A DNA stretch of 64,000 nucleotides from Bacteroidota bacterium (GTDB taxonomy: Bacteria > Bacteroidota > Bacteroidia > Bacteroidales > PUMT01), in contig JBBIHY010000001.1 of the NCBI GenBank assembly GCA_037446695.1, positions 213,235 through 277,234 on the forward strand, read 5' to 3'. The notes below the pieces were generated by a model, which saw only the letters and a program-made list of their open reading frames with translations, made no database searches and was not told the origin of the DNA. Shown one piece after another: positions 50,229 through 60,330 of the stretch. Within the stretch, counting starts at the first letter, position 1. Each line of letters starts with the position of its first letter. A program made the translations under genes and the position numbers.

Positions 50229-51686
50229 ATGTACAGAACGCTTGAAAGAAACATGCTGGTTTTGCTCCTTTTGCTTCTGGCAGGTTTGTTTGGTTATTTT
50301 GCCATTACCTGGGAGGGATTTTACGGCGGGGCCGATAATATTGCTCATTACCGGATATCCCGTTATAGTTTCAATTACCCGTACCTTTTTCTTGATCACT
50401 GGGGCAAGCCCCTTTTTACATTTCTGAGTTCTCCCTTTGCACAGTTTGGATTCACCGGTATACGTTTTTTTAATATTACTGCGGGTTTGCTTGCCGCTTT
50501 GTTTACCTGGCTAACAGCAAAAAAACTGGAACTGAAAAATTCCCTGATGGCGGTATTCTTTATCCTGTTTTCCCCAATATACTTTGTGCTTATACCTACT
50601 GGTCTTACCGAGATTTTGTTTTCCTTTGTGCTTATTTTTTCCATATACCTCTTTTTCAATCGCAGTTATTTCTGGTCTGCCATAATAGTCTCTTTTTTGC
50701 CCTTTACACGCACCGAGGGTGTTTTTATTTTGCCCCTTTTTTTTCTTTCCTTCTTTTATGTGCGAAAATTTCTTCCCATCCTTTTTCTTTTTACAGGGTC
50801 ATTGATTTACAGTGTGGCAGGATTTTTCCATTATGGTGATTTTTTATGGCTCATTCATCAGAATCCCTATACCGGGGCAAAAGACATTTACGGCAGCGGG
50901 GATTTGTTGCACTTTATCAGATCGAGCAACCAAACAACCGGGTTACCTATAGCCTTACTTATGATCCCTGGGATGGTTTTCCTTGGAATTGAATCCATGG
51001 GCCAGAAAATTCCAAACGATCGCAAAAGGAACCAACTCTTTTTATTATTGATAGGTGGTGCATTCATTATTTACCTGGCAGCTCATTCCTATGCATGGTG
51101 GAGAGGGTTGGGGGGCTCACTGGGGCTTGTGAGGGTCATCGCAGGTGTGATACCCCTGGCAGCATTGCTTGGGTTAAAAGGCTATAATTCATTTACAACC
51201 GTATTAAGGTTTCCTTTGATTCTTAAGTCCATTGTATCACTGGGACTACTGGCATTGATTGTATTTTATCCCCTGAAAAAATACCGTGATTATCCATTGG
51301 GGGATGACGAAAAAACAGTCAAAGAGGCTGCAACATGGTTAAAAGGAACCGATTATTATTACGGAAAGATATATTATTACCACTTGTTTTTTATTCATTT
51401 CCTTGAACGCGATCCCTTTGACCGTGAAATAGCTTTTGAAAAATTACCCGATGTTGAATACCCTTCCCGCGAAATTCCTGTTGGAAGTGTGGTGCAGTGG
51501 GATTCCCAATTTGGACCCAATGAGGGACGCATGCCTCTGGACAGACTCATGAACGATCCGGGACTGGAACTCCTGAACGTTTTTGAACCCAAAGCACCTT
51601 TTAAAACATTGAAAGGGGATGATTTTAAGGTGTACCTTTTTCATAGAATTGAGAATCAGGAGCACAAAGTAGCTGTGGACGATTAG
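50229..51686 (+). CDS. polytopic membrane protein, ArnT/GT39/GT83-like glycosyltransferase candidate
   Basis: 485 aa with about 10 N-terminal TM segments and a soluble C-terminal domain. Directly follows the GT2 gene. Confidence 0.5.
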   Translation: MYRTLERNMLVLLLLLLAGLFGYFAITWEGFYGGADNIAHYRISRYSFNYPYLFLDHWGKPLFTFLSSPFAQFGFTGIRFFNITAGLLAALFTWLTAKKLELKNSLMAVFFILFSPIYFVLIPTGLTEILFSFVLIFSIYLFFNRSYFWSAIIVSFLPFTRTEGVFILPLFFLSFFYVRKFLPILFLFTGSLIYSVAGFFHYGDFLWLIHQNPYTGAKDIYGSGDLLHFIRSSNQTTGLPIALLMIPGMVFLGIESMGQKIPNDRKRNQLFLLLIGGAFIIYLAAHSYAWWRGLGGSLGLVRVIAGVIPLAALLGLKGYNSFTTVLRFPLILKSIVSLGLLALIVFYPLKKYRDYPLGDDEKTVKEAATWLKGTDYYYGKIYYYHLFFIHFLERDPFDREIAFEKLPDVEYPSREIPVGSVVQWDSQFGPNEGRMPLDRLMNDPGLELLNVFEPKAPFKTLKGDDFKVYLFHRIENQEHKVAVDD

Positions 51687-51764
51687 TATTTTCAGGTTCC
51701 GATAAAGGAAATTTTTGGAATGATTTATTTTAATTACTGAAAAGCTGTGATTGCTCTACCCCCC

Positions 51765-53144
51765 CTAGTTATAGTGATATTCCTTTTCTCCCCTCAACGC
51801 CTTCTCGTAGTCAGGGGCTTTGATTAATACCCTGAACTTTTCGCTGGGTTTTCTTCTTCCAAAGGAATCCAGGTAGGCTTCCTTGGTCATGGAATCCCAG
51901 TGAATGGCTCCGTAATAGTACTGATAAGACTGAAACACGTTAAGCAGGACAAACAATGATAAGAGTACCAGAGAAGCAATCCGTGGAAAGATTTTCAGGT
52001 TGAGCATTAGCCTGATTAAAAGGGCAAGAGGCACTGCAAGAATAGCATAGGAATCAATAAATGCCCTTAAACCGAAACTTCCACCGTACCACCAGCACCA
52101 CCACGATAATACTACATATACATTTACTATTGTGAATATAAAAAGTGGCATAAAGAAGTCCTTCAAATACCTCAGGTGCAAAAAAATGGCGCTCACCGCC
52201 AGTAACATCAGCGGGGTGTAAATAAACCATCCTTTACGAAAACTAAAAAGCCCGTTGATTATTTGTGGATTATTGAAGAAAAAACCCTGTTCTCCGTAGG
52301 AATAGTAAAACCATTCATTGGTTATATGTTTCCAGTACATGAGTTGTGGCACCCAAACAAAAAAAGCGATTACACTCATAAAAATCAGGTGCCTGTGGGC
52401 ATCCAGAAAGGTAAGAACCTTGTTCTTCATGCTTTTCCAGTTGGTTATTCCAAAAAGAAGGAAGAAAATCACAATTACAATATTTGAGGGACGAATGAGG
52501 GTAATCAGGCCGATGATGATGCCAAGGTAAAACGATTTTTTAAGGGTGATTTTCCTGTGCCAGCTAAGGGTGAAAAACAAAAATGCCGAAAAAAGAAAAA
52601 AACTGAAGGAATGCGACATAGCCCCCTCAAAAGCGGAATAATAATAAAGATTGGTTCCTCCTGCTATCAGGAGTAGTGAAACGGAGGTAACAATGGGTGT
52701 AAAATATTTCAGCAGCGTGTTTCGTAAAAAAAGCAGGCCCAGAAAGATATAAAAAACACTACTGAATATTAATGCCAGTTGGTAGGGGATAGTAAATCCA
52801 TCTGCTGCAAAATCTTTTGTAAAAAGGGCGTAATAATGCGCCAGTATGAAAAACGGGGAGTAAAGAATGGACATACCCATGGTCATTTTCAGCACCAGGG
52901 CGTTATTGGGAGCACGGTGCGGCCAGAATTTTTTCGAAAAACGGGCCGGATACTTTTCCGTAAATTTCAGGGAGATGTCGTTATGAATAACGACTGCAGG
53001 GAGATAGGAATAGTACTCCAGTACATCCCAATTAATGACTTTGCCTTCCTGTTTCCAAACCTTGATATTAAAGATCGTGAAAATAAGCCCGGCAAGAATT
53101 AAGAAAATAACGGCGTTGGGAAGCAAAACATTTCTGTTTGGCAT
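51765..53144 (-). CDS. polytopic membrane protein, ArnT/GT39/GT83-like glycosyltransferase candidate
   Basis: 459 aa with many TM segments. It has the same architecture as the convergent neighbour. Confidence 0.5.
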   Translation of the reverse strand: MPNRNVLLPNAVIFLILAGLIFTIFNIKVWKQEGKVINWDVLEYYSYLPAVVIHNDISLKFTEKYPARFSKKFWPHRAPNNALVLKMTMGMSILYSPFFILAHYYALFTKDFAADGFTIPYQLALIFSSVFYIFLGLLFLRNTLLKYFTPIVTSVSLLLIAGGTNLYYYSAFEGAMSHSFSFFLFSAFLFFTLSWHRKITLKKSFYLGIIIGLITLIRPSNIVIVIFFLLFGITNWKSMKNKVLTFLDAHRHLIFMSVIAFFVWVPQLMYWKHITNEWFYYSYGEQGFFFNNPQIINGLFSFRKGWFIYTPLMLLAVSAIFLHLRYLKDFFMPLFIFTIVNVYVVLSWWCWWYGGSFGLRAFIDSYAILAVPLALLIRLMLNLKIFPRIASLVLLSLFVLLNVFQSYQYYYGAIHWDSMTKEAYLDSFGRRKPSEKFRVLIKAPDYEKALRGEKEYHYN

Positions 53145-53165
53145 GGTTTTATTTTTTAAATGAGA

Positions 53166-54608
53166 TCAATCCTTTAAATCATTCACGGAAAATCCCAGTT
53201 TTAGCAAATTATGAGGCTCCAGTAAATCAGCCAGTTTTTTCTCATCAATAAGTTTTAAAGACTTGTTGGCTTCAAAAATCGAAATATTTTTTTCCTTCAT
53301 GGCTTTCGCCAGGGAGGATGCCTTATTGTAACCAATAAAAGGCACAAGGGCAGTTGTAACAGCCGGGCTGCTGAAAAGTCTTTCGGCGGAGGCTTTTGTA
53401 CAAACATGCAGACCGCTGAAAAAACCTTTTTTCAGGCTATGGTTGGCACTTATGAGCAGCCTGATACTTTCAAGCAATGCATGCCCAATTAAGGGTATGT
53501 AGGCATTGAGATCAAGGCAGCCCTGTGCGCTTAGCGAGGTTATTAATTGGTCATTGCTGTATACTTTATGAGCAATACTCACCACATATTCGGGGATCAC
53601 TGGGTTGACCTTGGCCGGCATAATTGAGCTGCCAACCTGCCGCTGTGGAATGGATATTTCATTGCTTCCTGAAAGGTCTGAAGCAAGCAGCCTGAGGTCC
53701 GAAACCATTTTCTCCAGGTTAACGGCATGGGCTTTGAGCGTGGCATGAACCTCTACAAAGGAGTCCAGGTTGCTGGTGGCATCGTGCAGGTTTTCACTTC
53801 GGGTAATCGGAAGTCCGCTTAATTTTTGTAATTCAGGCACAACCTCCATGATGAAAAATCTGGGCAGGGTAATGCCCGTCCCAACAGCACTACCTCCCAT
53901 ATTGACCACCTTAATTCGTTCAAAGCACTTCGATACCCTCCACCAGTCGCGCGACAAAGCTTCATTGTAGGCGCTGAAAAGCATAGACCATGAAGAGGGA
54001 ACTGCCTGCTGCATTTGTGTGTAGGCGATTCTTAAATCATGCCTGTGGTTTTTTTCCAGTTCCTCAAGTCGAAAACGCATATGGTTGATTTGTTCTTCCA
54101 GTTCAACAAAGAGTCGAATGGCAGCAATCTTCAGTGAGGTTGGAATAACATCGTTGGTGGACTGATATATATTGGCATGTTCTATGGGATCAACCAACTC
54201 ATAATCACCGGGTTTATTGCCAAGTTTCTTAAGGGCAACATTGGTGATAATTTCATTCACATTCATATTGATGCTGGTTCCTGCACCACCCTGCACACCG
54301 GGAACGATAAAATTTTCAAAGTATTTCCCCTCTGAAACTTCAACGGCAGTAGATACCAGTGCTTCCAATACCTCATCATTTAGGAAGGAAATTGGCAATA
54401 CCTCTTTTTTGTATTTGGAAAGCACAGATTCCTTAAAGAGCCGGTAGGTTCTGTAACAGGCCAGTTTGGTCAGGCCAACAGCCATATACCATTCTATAGG
54501 AAAAGGAAATTGTGCAGGAAAATTCTCCAAAGCACGTGAAGAATGAATGCCATAAAGGGCATCAGAAGGGATTTGTTTTTCACCGAGAAAATCCTTTTCA
54601 GTTCTCAT
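53166..54608 (-). CDS. fumarase/aspartase-family lyase (aspartate ammonia-lyase-like)
   Basis: 480 aa with the N-terminus RTEKDFLGEKQIPSDALYGIHSSRALENF, QGGAGTSINMN, STND and the signature GSSIMPAKVNP. Confidence 0.8.
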   Translation of the reverse strand: MRTEKDFLGEKQIPSDALYGIHSSRALENFPAQFPFPIEWYMAVGLTKLACYRTYRLFKESVLSKYKKEVLPISFLNDEVLEALVSTAVEVSEGKYFENFIVPGVQGGAGTSINMNVNEIITNVALKKLGNKPGDYELVDPIEHANIYQSTNDVIPTSLKIAAIRLFVELEEQINHMRFRLEELEKNHRHDLRIAYTQMQQAVPSSWSMLFSAYNEALSRDWWRVSKCFERIKVVNMGGSAVGTGITLPRFFIMEVVPELQKLSGLPITRSENLHDATSNLDSFVEVHATLKAHAVNLEKMVSDLRLLASDLSGSNEISIPQRQVGSSIMPAKVNPVIPEYVVSIAHKVYSNDQLITSLSAQGCLDLNAYIPLIGHALLESIRLLISANHSLKKGFFSGLHVCTKASAERLFSSPAVTTALVPFIGYNKASSLAKAMKEKNISIFEANKSLKLIDEKKLADLLEPHNLLKLGFSVNDLKD

Positions 54609-54620
54609 GGATTTGATTTT

Positions 54621-55787
54621 TCACCTGGAGATTGGCTGTGAATAGGCTACAACATCATTCCTGGTAATTTCCTTGTCACACAGAATAATCAACCGTTCAA
54701 TCACATTCCTGAACTCCCGTATATTTCCGGTCCAGTTGATTTTTTTCAGTTCCTCGATGGCATCCTCTGTTATGGTTCTCAGGGGCATACCGTATTCCTG
54801 GCAAATCTGGCCGATAAAGTGCTCCGCCAGCAGTGGAATATCCTCCAGTCTCTCGTTAAGGGTTGGCACATGCACCAGGATTACACTCAGCCTGTGGTAC
54901 AGGTCTTCCCTGAACCGGTTGGCTTCAATCTCCTTCTTCATGTCCTTATTGGTTGCTGCAATCACCCTCACATCTACTTTAATATCCTTGTCGCTTCCCA
55001 CCCGGTTTATTTTGTTTTCCTGCAGGGCTCTTAACACTTTGGCCTGTGCCGAAAGGCTCATATCACCAATTTCATCAAGAAAGATAGTTCCTTTATCGGC
55101 CTGTTCAAATTTCCCTTTCCGGTCCTTTATGGCCGAAGTAAAGGAACCTTTTTCGTGCCCGAACAACTCACTTTCAATCAATTCCGAAGGAATGGCGGCA
55201 CAATTCACTTCCACAAATGGAAAGGGACTACGGTTGCTCTTTTCGTGCAACCATCTGGCAACCAGCTCCTTGCCGGTCCCGTTGGAGCCTGTTATCAATA
55301 CCCTTGCATCTGTTGGGGCAACCCGTTCAATCATCTCCTTTACCTTTATTATGGAAGGGGAGTTACCAACCATATCCCATGTTTTGGAAACTTTTTTCTT
55401 AAGGACTTTGGTTTCAGTAATCAGGTTTGACTTATCCAGGGCATTCCTCATTGTAATGAGCAGCCTGTTTAGGTCGAGAGGTTTTTCAATAAAATCAAAG
55501 GCTCCCTTCTTTATTGCTTCTACTGCAGTATCAATATTTCCGTGTCCGGAAATCATAACTACCGGAACATCATTGCTTATCTCAAAAATGTGCTCAATTA
55601 CCTCAATACCATCCATTTTTGGCATTTTGATATCGCACAGAACTATATCGTATTTATTGGCTTTAAACAGTTCGATTCCCTCCTCACCGTCCGAAGCTAA
55701 ATCTACGCTGTGGTTTTCGTATACAAGAACCTCCCTGAGGGTATTGCGGATACTTTTCTCGTCGTCAATTACTAGTATATGTGACAT
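54621..55787 (-). CDS. sigma-54-dependent response regulator (REC + AAA+), without a C-terminal HTH domain
   Basis: REC domain with ILVIDDE...DIVLCDIKMP. AAA+ domain with Walker A GSNGTGKE, the GAFTGA-like loop GHEKGSFTSA, and Walker B FLDEIGDM. The ORF ends about 12 aa after the NIREFRNVIERLII helix. Confidence 0.88.
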   Translation of the reverse strand: MSHILVIDDEKSIRNTLREVLVYENHSVDLASDGEEGIELFKANKYDIVLCDIKMPKMDGIEVIEHIFEISNDVPVVMISGHGNIDTAVEAIKKGAFDFIEKPLDLNRLLITMRNALDKSNLITETKVLKKKVSKTWDMVGNSPSIIKVKEMIERVAPTDARVLITGSNGTGKELVARWLHEKSNRSPFPFVEVNCAAIPSELIESELFGHEKGSFTSAIKDRKGKFEQADKGTIFLDEIGDMSLSAQAKVLRALQENKINRVGSDKDIKVDVRVIAATNKDMKKEIEANRFREDLYHRLSVILVHVPTLNERLEDIPLLAEHFIGQICQEYGMPLRTITEDAIEELKKINWTGNIREFRNVIERLIILCDKEITRNDVVAYSQPISR

Positions 55788-55805
55788 TTAGGGTTAGATT
55801 ATATT

Positions 55806-56756
55806 TCAGGCAAAAGAAAGCTGGTTTTTAATAATGCGGTCAAGAGCGCCTTCTTTGAGTGAATAACTGCATTGAACCATTTGTTTGAGCCTGGTTTTCT
55901 GCAGTAAAAAATTTACAAAGACGGAGGCAATTACGATCATTTCCACACGCACAGGCTCCATTCCCTTCATATTGATTCTTTCTTCGCGAGTTGCCTTGAG
56001 GAGTCTGTGATGTAAACTGTAGAAATCTTTCAGATGAATGTCAAAACAGGGGGGATTCATTTTGTCGTAGGTTCCCGTTCCATTTTCTGAGTTTATAAGC
56101 GCTCTGAAAGTGTCAAAAGAACCGGAAGCGCCTATGAGTCTAACGGGTTTGTGTTCAAGTACAGCCATAAAGAAGGAGGAAAGATTTTCTTCCACATAAT
56201 CTTCAATGGCTTGAATTTCATTGCTTTTGATGGGATCGGAGGGATTGAATCTTTCAAAAAGCCTGGCTATTCCCATGGGAAAACTTTCCTTCCAGAAGAT
56301 GGTATTTCTATTGGCTATGATCAGTTCATTGCTACCTCCGCCTATATCAAGAATAAGCGAATTACTGGTTCCCAGGTCACCGGCCTGTCTTACGCCATAG
56401 TATATTAATTCGGCTTCACGGTCGCCTGAAATCAACTCAACGGGGATACCAAATTTTTCGTTCACTTCTTCAATGAACTGAAGGCCGTTTTCTGCCGATC
56501 GTATCGCCGAAGTAGCAAATGCGAAAACATATTCGGCCTTGTACTCATTCAACAGATTGCTGAGCCGTGCCATTGCTGCCAATCCTCTTTCATAAGCAGC
56601 CGGGGCGATTACCCTTTTGTTTATTCCTCCCTCTCCCAGTTTTACGGCTTCCTTGCCGGAGCAGACTATGGTATAACTTTCACCCTCACCGGCTTCAGCA
56701 ATCAGCATGTTGAAAGTATTTGTACCCATATCAATTACGGCAAGTCGCATAATCAC
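55806..56756 (-). CDS. ppx: exopolyphosphatase (Ppx/GppA family)
   Basis: 316 aa with AVIDMGTNTFNMLI and LDIGGGSNE, the ASKHA phosphate-binding motifs. Confidence 0.85.
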   Translation of the reverse strand: MIMRLAVIDMGTNTFNMLIAEAGEGESYTIVCSGKEAVKLGEGGINKRVIAPAAYERGLAAMARLSNLLNEYKAEYVFAFATSAIRSAENGLQFIEEVNEKFGIPVELISGDREAELIYYGVRQAGDLGTSNSLILDIGGGSNELIIANRNTIFWKESFPMGIARLFERFNPSDPIKSNEIQAIEDYVEENLSSFFMAVLEHKPVRLIGASGSFDTFRALINSENGTGTYDKMNPPCFDIHLKDFYSLHHRLLKATREERINMKGMEPVRVEMIVIASVFVNFLLQKTRLKQMVQCSYSLKEGALDRIIKNQLSFA

Positions 56757-56917
56757 AATTGTTTATACTTTGTATTACAAATATGGTGCAAATCAGGATG
56801 AATTGAGCAAAAATCAGAAATTAATTTTGGATTTTTTTCTGCTCATAGTTTTGCCTTTGAATTAACATTTCTCCCTAATTGAGATAAAAAAGGGAAGCAA
56901 TTGCCTCCCTTATTGTT

Positions 56918-58261
56918 TTAATTGCTGTATCTCAGCCACTTCCATAACTCCTTGTAGGTCACTTTCTTTCCATACATAAGAATTCCGGTACGGTAAATTT
57001 TCCCGGCCAGCCAGGTGGTAAAAATGAAAGTTGCTATGAGAATACTTATGGAGAGAGCTAACTCCCAGTATGGCACTCCAAAGGGAATTCTTACCATCAT
57101 AATCACGGGAGAGGTGAGGGGTATCATGGAAAACCAAAATGCCAGATGCCCTTCGGGGTTTTGAATGGCATTCATCATTACGATGATTGCCAGTATAAGC
57201 GGTATGGTAATGGGAAACATGAACTGCTGGGTATCAGCCTCATTATCCACCGCCGAACCTATGGCTGCAAACAGGGAGGAATAAAGCAGGTACCCTCCCA
57301 GGAAAAAGAAAAGGAAGGAGCCCAGCAATACAAAGAAATTTATGTCGGTTACAGAGCGGAGCATGGATTGCATGCGGTTGTATTCCTCTTCGCTTGGCTG
57401 CATTTGTTGCAGGGTGCTGCTGGTTTGCATTACGCTTTCCACTGTGACCTTGTCTGATGCAGGTGTTTTCAGGTTGGGGAAAAACACCTGTGTGCCAATG
57501 GTAATGAGAATGAATGTAAACACTATCCAAAGCAGGAACTGGGTGAGGCCAACCATGCCAATACCTACAATTTTACCCATGAGCAACTGGAAAGGTTTTA
57601 CCGATGATACGATGATTTCAACCACCCTGCTGGATTTCTCCTCAATCACACCACGCATCACCAGGCTGCCGAACATGAATATAAACATGTAGATAAGGAA
57701 TCCGCTCACATAACCCACAATCATGGCCACCTCAGAGTAACTTTCCTTTTCGGTATCTCCCTTCCACACTATTGTGCGTATATTGATACGGGTTTTTATG
57801 GCCGTGAGGATATCGTCCAGGTTGTTTATCTCGTAGGTTTTCAGTTTCTGCCTTTCAATTTCCTTTTCAAGGGCATTGGCAATATGCATGCGTATGTTCA
57901 GGCTTACCTGCTTTGTGCTTAGCAGTTGTACTGCGCTTGGCGTACTGGCCACAATATGTGCAATATACAATACTGCATAATACCCTGTTTGGTCAAAATT
58001 TTCACGCAGGTCTTCCACTTTGGTGTTCTCCAGGTATACAAATTTCAGGTATTCGGTTTCGGGAATGGTATTGATAAAGATTTTCGAACTGTCAATTACC
58101 GCTATGGTCCTGACCTCGTTATCTTCCATGCTGGCGAACCATGCCGGTAAAATAAAAAGGGCGGCAAAAAGAATAGGGCCCAATATGGTCATGATAAGAA
58201 AAGACTTCTTCCTGACCCTTGTCAAATATTCCCTGGATATGATGAGTGCAGTTTTGTTCAT
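56918..58261 (-). CDS. ABC-2 type transporter permease (NatB-like)
   Basis: 447 aa. An N-terminal TM is followed by a large extracytoplasmic loop and then 5-6 TM segments. It lies downstream of the ATPase gene. Confidence 0.78.
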   Translation of the reverse strand: MNKTALIISREYLTRVRKKSFLIMTILGPILFAALFILPAWFASMEDNEVRTIAVIDSSKIFINTIPETEYLKFVYLENTKVEDLRENFDQTGYYAVLYIAHIVASTPSAVQLLSTKQVSLNIRMHIANALEKEIERQKLKTYEINNLDDILTAIKTRINIRTIVWKGDTEKESYSEVAMIVGYVSGFLIYMFIFMFGSLVMRGVIEEKSSRVVEIIVSSVKPFQLLMGKIVGIGMVGLTQFLLWIVFTFILITIGTQVFFPNLKTPASDKVTVESVMQTSSTLQQMQPSEEEYNRMQSMLRSVTDINFFVLLGSFLFFFLGGYLLYSSLFAAIGSAVDNEADTQQFMFPITIPLILAIIVMMNAIQNPEGHLAFWFSMIPLTSPVIMMVRIPFGVPYWELALSISILIATFIFTTWLAGKIYRTGILMYGKKVTYKELWKWLRYSN

Positions 58262-58279
58262 GGCTTGATTTTCTTTGGG

Positions 58280-59206
58280 TTAGGATTTTTTTCTTGTACT
58301 TTGTACCGCTTCAATGAAAATGTCATTCATGCTGGGCAGGACTTCCGAAAAGGAAATGATGTGATAATCATTGATGAGGTTCTTTAACAGTTCGTTTCCG
58401 GTATCTTTTTCCTTCATCTTGATTCGTGCGGTGAATCTTTCGGCTTCCCTGGTCATTGATTCTATGGCAAAACGACCGTTAAATCCTGCCTGGAATTTGT
58501 CGGCATTTCCCTGCAGACTGATCTCGAAAATGCCGGCCTTGTAGCTTTCCCTTATTTCCCTGACATTTCCGTTGAGAATACTTTCTGAGTTATTGATAAG
58601 TGTGATGTGATCGCATAATTCCTCCACCGACTCCATATTGTGCGTTGAAAATATTACGGTAGAACCCTCATCACGGAGCTTGAGAATTTCTTTTTTAAGC
58701 AGGGTGGCATTGATAGGGTCAAAACCACTGAAAGGTTCATCAAATATCAAAAAAGGTGGTTTGTGGATAACAGTAATTATAAATTGTACTTTTTGCTGCA
58801 TTCCCTTGGAAAGTTCTTCCACTTTTTTATTCCACCAGGCCTGGATCTCAAATTTTTCAAACCACATTTTAAGGCTTTTCATGGCATCGCTGCGTGAAAG
58901 GCCTTTCAATTGTGCGAAATACAAGGCCTGTTCGCCCACTTTCATTTTTTTGTACAGACCACGCTCTTCGGGCAGGTACCCGATTTTATGGCTGTCTTCT
59001 CCAACCAGTTTCCGGTTCATGAAATAGAGTTCTCCCTCATCGGGGGCGGTAATCTGGTTGATGATGCGGATAAGGGTTGTCTTTCCCGCACCGTTGGGGC
59101 CAAGAAGCCCGTAAATACTTTTTTCGGGCACTTCCATGCTTACCTTGTTGAGAGCCCTGTGATTGGCAAACTGCTTGACAATATCCACTGTTTTGAAAAG
59201 AGACAT
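58280..59206 (-). CDS. ABC transporter ATP-binding protein (NatA-like)
   Basis: Walker A GPNGAGKTT, signature LSKGMQQK, Walker B LIFDEP. Confidence 0.92.
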   Translation of the reverse strand: MSLFKTVDIVKQFANHRALNKVSMEVPEKSIYGLLGPNGAGKTTLIRIINQITAPDEGELYFMNRKLVGEDSHKIGYLPEERGLYKKMKVGEQALYFAQLKGLSRSDAMKSLKMWFEKFEIQAWWNKKVEELSKGMQQKVQFIITVIHKPPFLIFDEPFSGFDPINATLLKKEILKLRDEGSTVIFSTHNMESVEELCDHITLINNSESILNGNVREIRESYKAGIFEISLQGNADKFQAGFNGRFAIESMTREAERFTARIKMKEKDTGNELLKNLINDYHIISFSEVLPSMNDIFIEAVQSTRKKS

Positions 59207-59377
59207 ATTGCTTAGGTTTATTTAATTCTCAAATCCTCAAAATTAAGTAATCGCATATTGTGATTCACGACATTTGTTGTTTTAAAAGTGAAATTATTAC
59301 GATAACCTGATGTTTTTGATGAATATTTCATATTTAGAATGTTGAAATTATATTATTAAGAGCGTAACTTGGGCACC

Positions 59378-60268
59378 ATGAAAGTCAAATATTATTTGTT
59401 TGGCCTTATTCTGATTTCGCCGATTAACGGCTGCGAAAAAAAGGAACTGGTTCCTCCTTCTGATAAGGTGGAGTTTGAAGCGCCTCAATTAGTGACCATT
59501 ACCGGGTACAATGATCACATCATGGAGCCTTTCCTTTCGCGAGACGGAACGATTTTGTTTTTTAATAACAGCAACCATCCCTCTGCTCTTACTAATATTC
59601 ATTATGCGCTAAGAGTTTCTGATCTAAGTTTTATTTACCAGGGTGAGTTACCTGGAGTAAATTCGGATGATTTGGACGGGGTGCCTGCCATGGATGAAAA
59701 CGGGAATTTTTATTTTGTTTCCACACGAAGTTATTTTACTACTCTTTCCTCAATTTATTCAGGAAAATTTGAAAACAATGAAGTGAAGGAAATTAAATTG
59801 GTTGAGGGCATTTCAAAAAACCTGTTTGGCTGGCTGAATTTTGATGTGGAAATAAGCAGGGATGGTAGCTTTTTGTACTTTGTGGATGGCAGGTTTGACG
59901 AAAACGGAGGCCCTTATGAATCCAACCTGGGGATTGCCGAAAAAGCGGGAAATATTTTTGTGAGAAAAGCCAATCAGGGAGAGTTAAAATATATCAATAC
60001 CAAATCATTGGAGTATGCCGCATGTATTTCGTCTGATATGCTGGAGTTATACTTTACAAGGGTGGATGCACCCATTTCTATCAACTCAATTCCAAGAATC
60101 TTCTATGCCAACAGGGTGTCGGTAAACAAACCATTCAGGAAACCTTACGAAATAAATGAAATGGAAGGTTTCGTAGAGGCAGCCACTGTTTCACCCGATA
60201 ATCGGATAATTTATTATCATAAACTGGAGGGAGATCTTTATGTTCTGTACATGGTGAAAAAAAAGTAA
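59378..60268 (+). CDS. lipoprotein with TolB/PD40-like repeats (hypothetical)
   Basis: Starts MKVKYYLFGLILISPINGC (lipobox). Repeated motifs are FLSRDGTILFF, ISRDGSFLYF and VSPDNRIIYY. Confidence 0.4.
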   Translation: MKVKYYLFGLILISPINGCEKKELVPPSDKVEFEAPQLVTITGYNDHIMEPFLSRDGTILFFNNSNHPSALTNIHYALRVSDLSFIYQGELPGVNSDDLDGVPAMDENGNFYFVSTRSYFTTLSSIYSGKFENNEVKEIKLVEGISKNLFGWLNFDVEISRDGSFLYFVDGRFDENGGPYESNLGIAEKAGNIFVRKANQGELKYINTKSLEYAACISSDMLELYFTRVDAPISINSIPRIFYANRVSVNKPFRKPYEINEMEGFVEAATVSPDNRIIYYHKLEGDLYVLYMVKKK

Positions 60269-60330
60269 CCCTACGAAATGCTCATTACTTTTCTAAGTAA
60301 ATACCCTGGTTTAAATATACACCGGAGTCT

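Noticed and set aside
54673-55791. 372-aa ORF on the plus strand
   Set aside because: It lies exactly antisense to the well-supported sigma-54 response regulator. Its Ser/Leu/Ile-rich low-complexity composition is typical of a shadow ORF.
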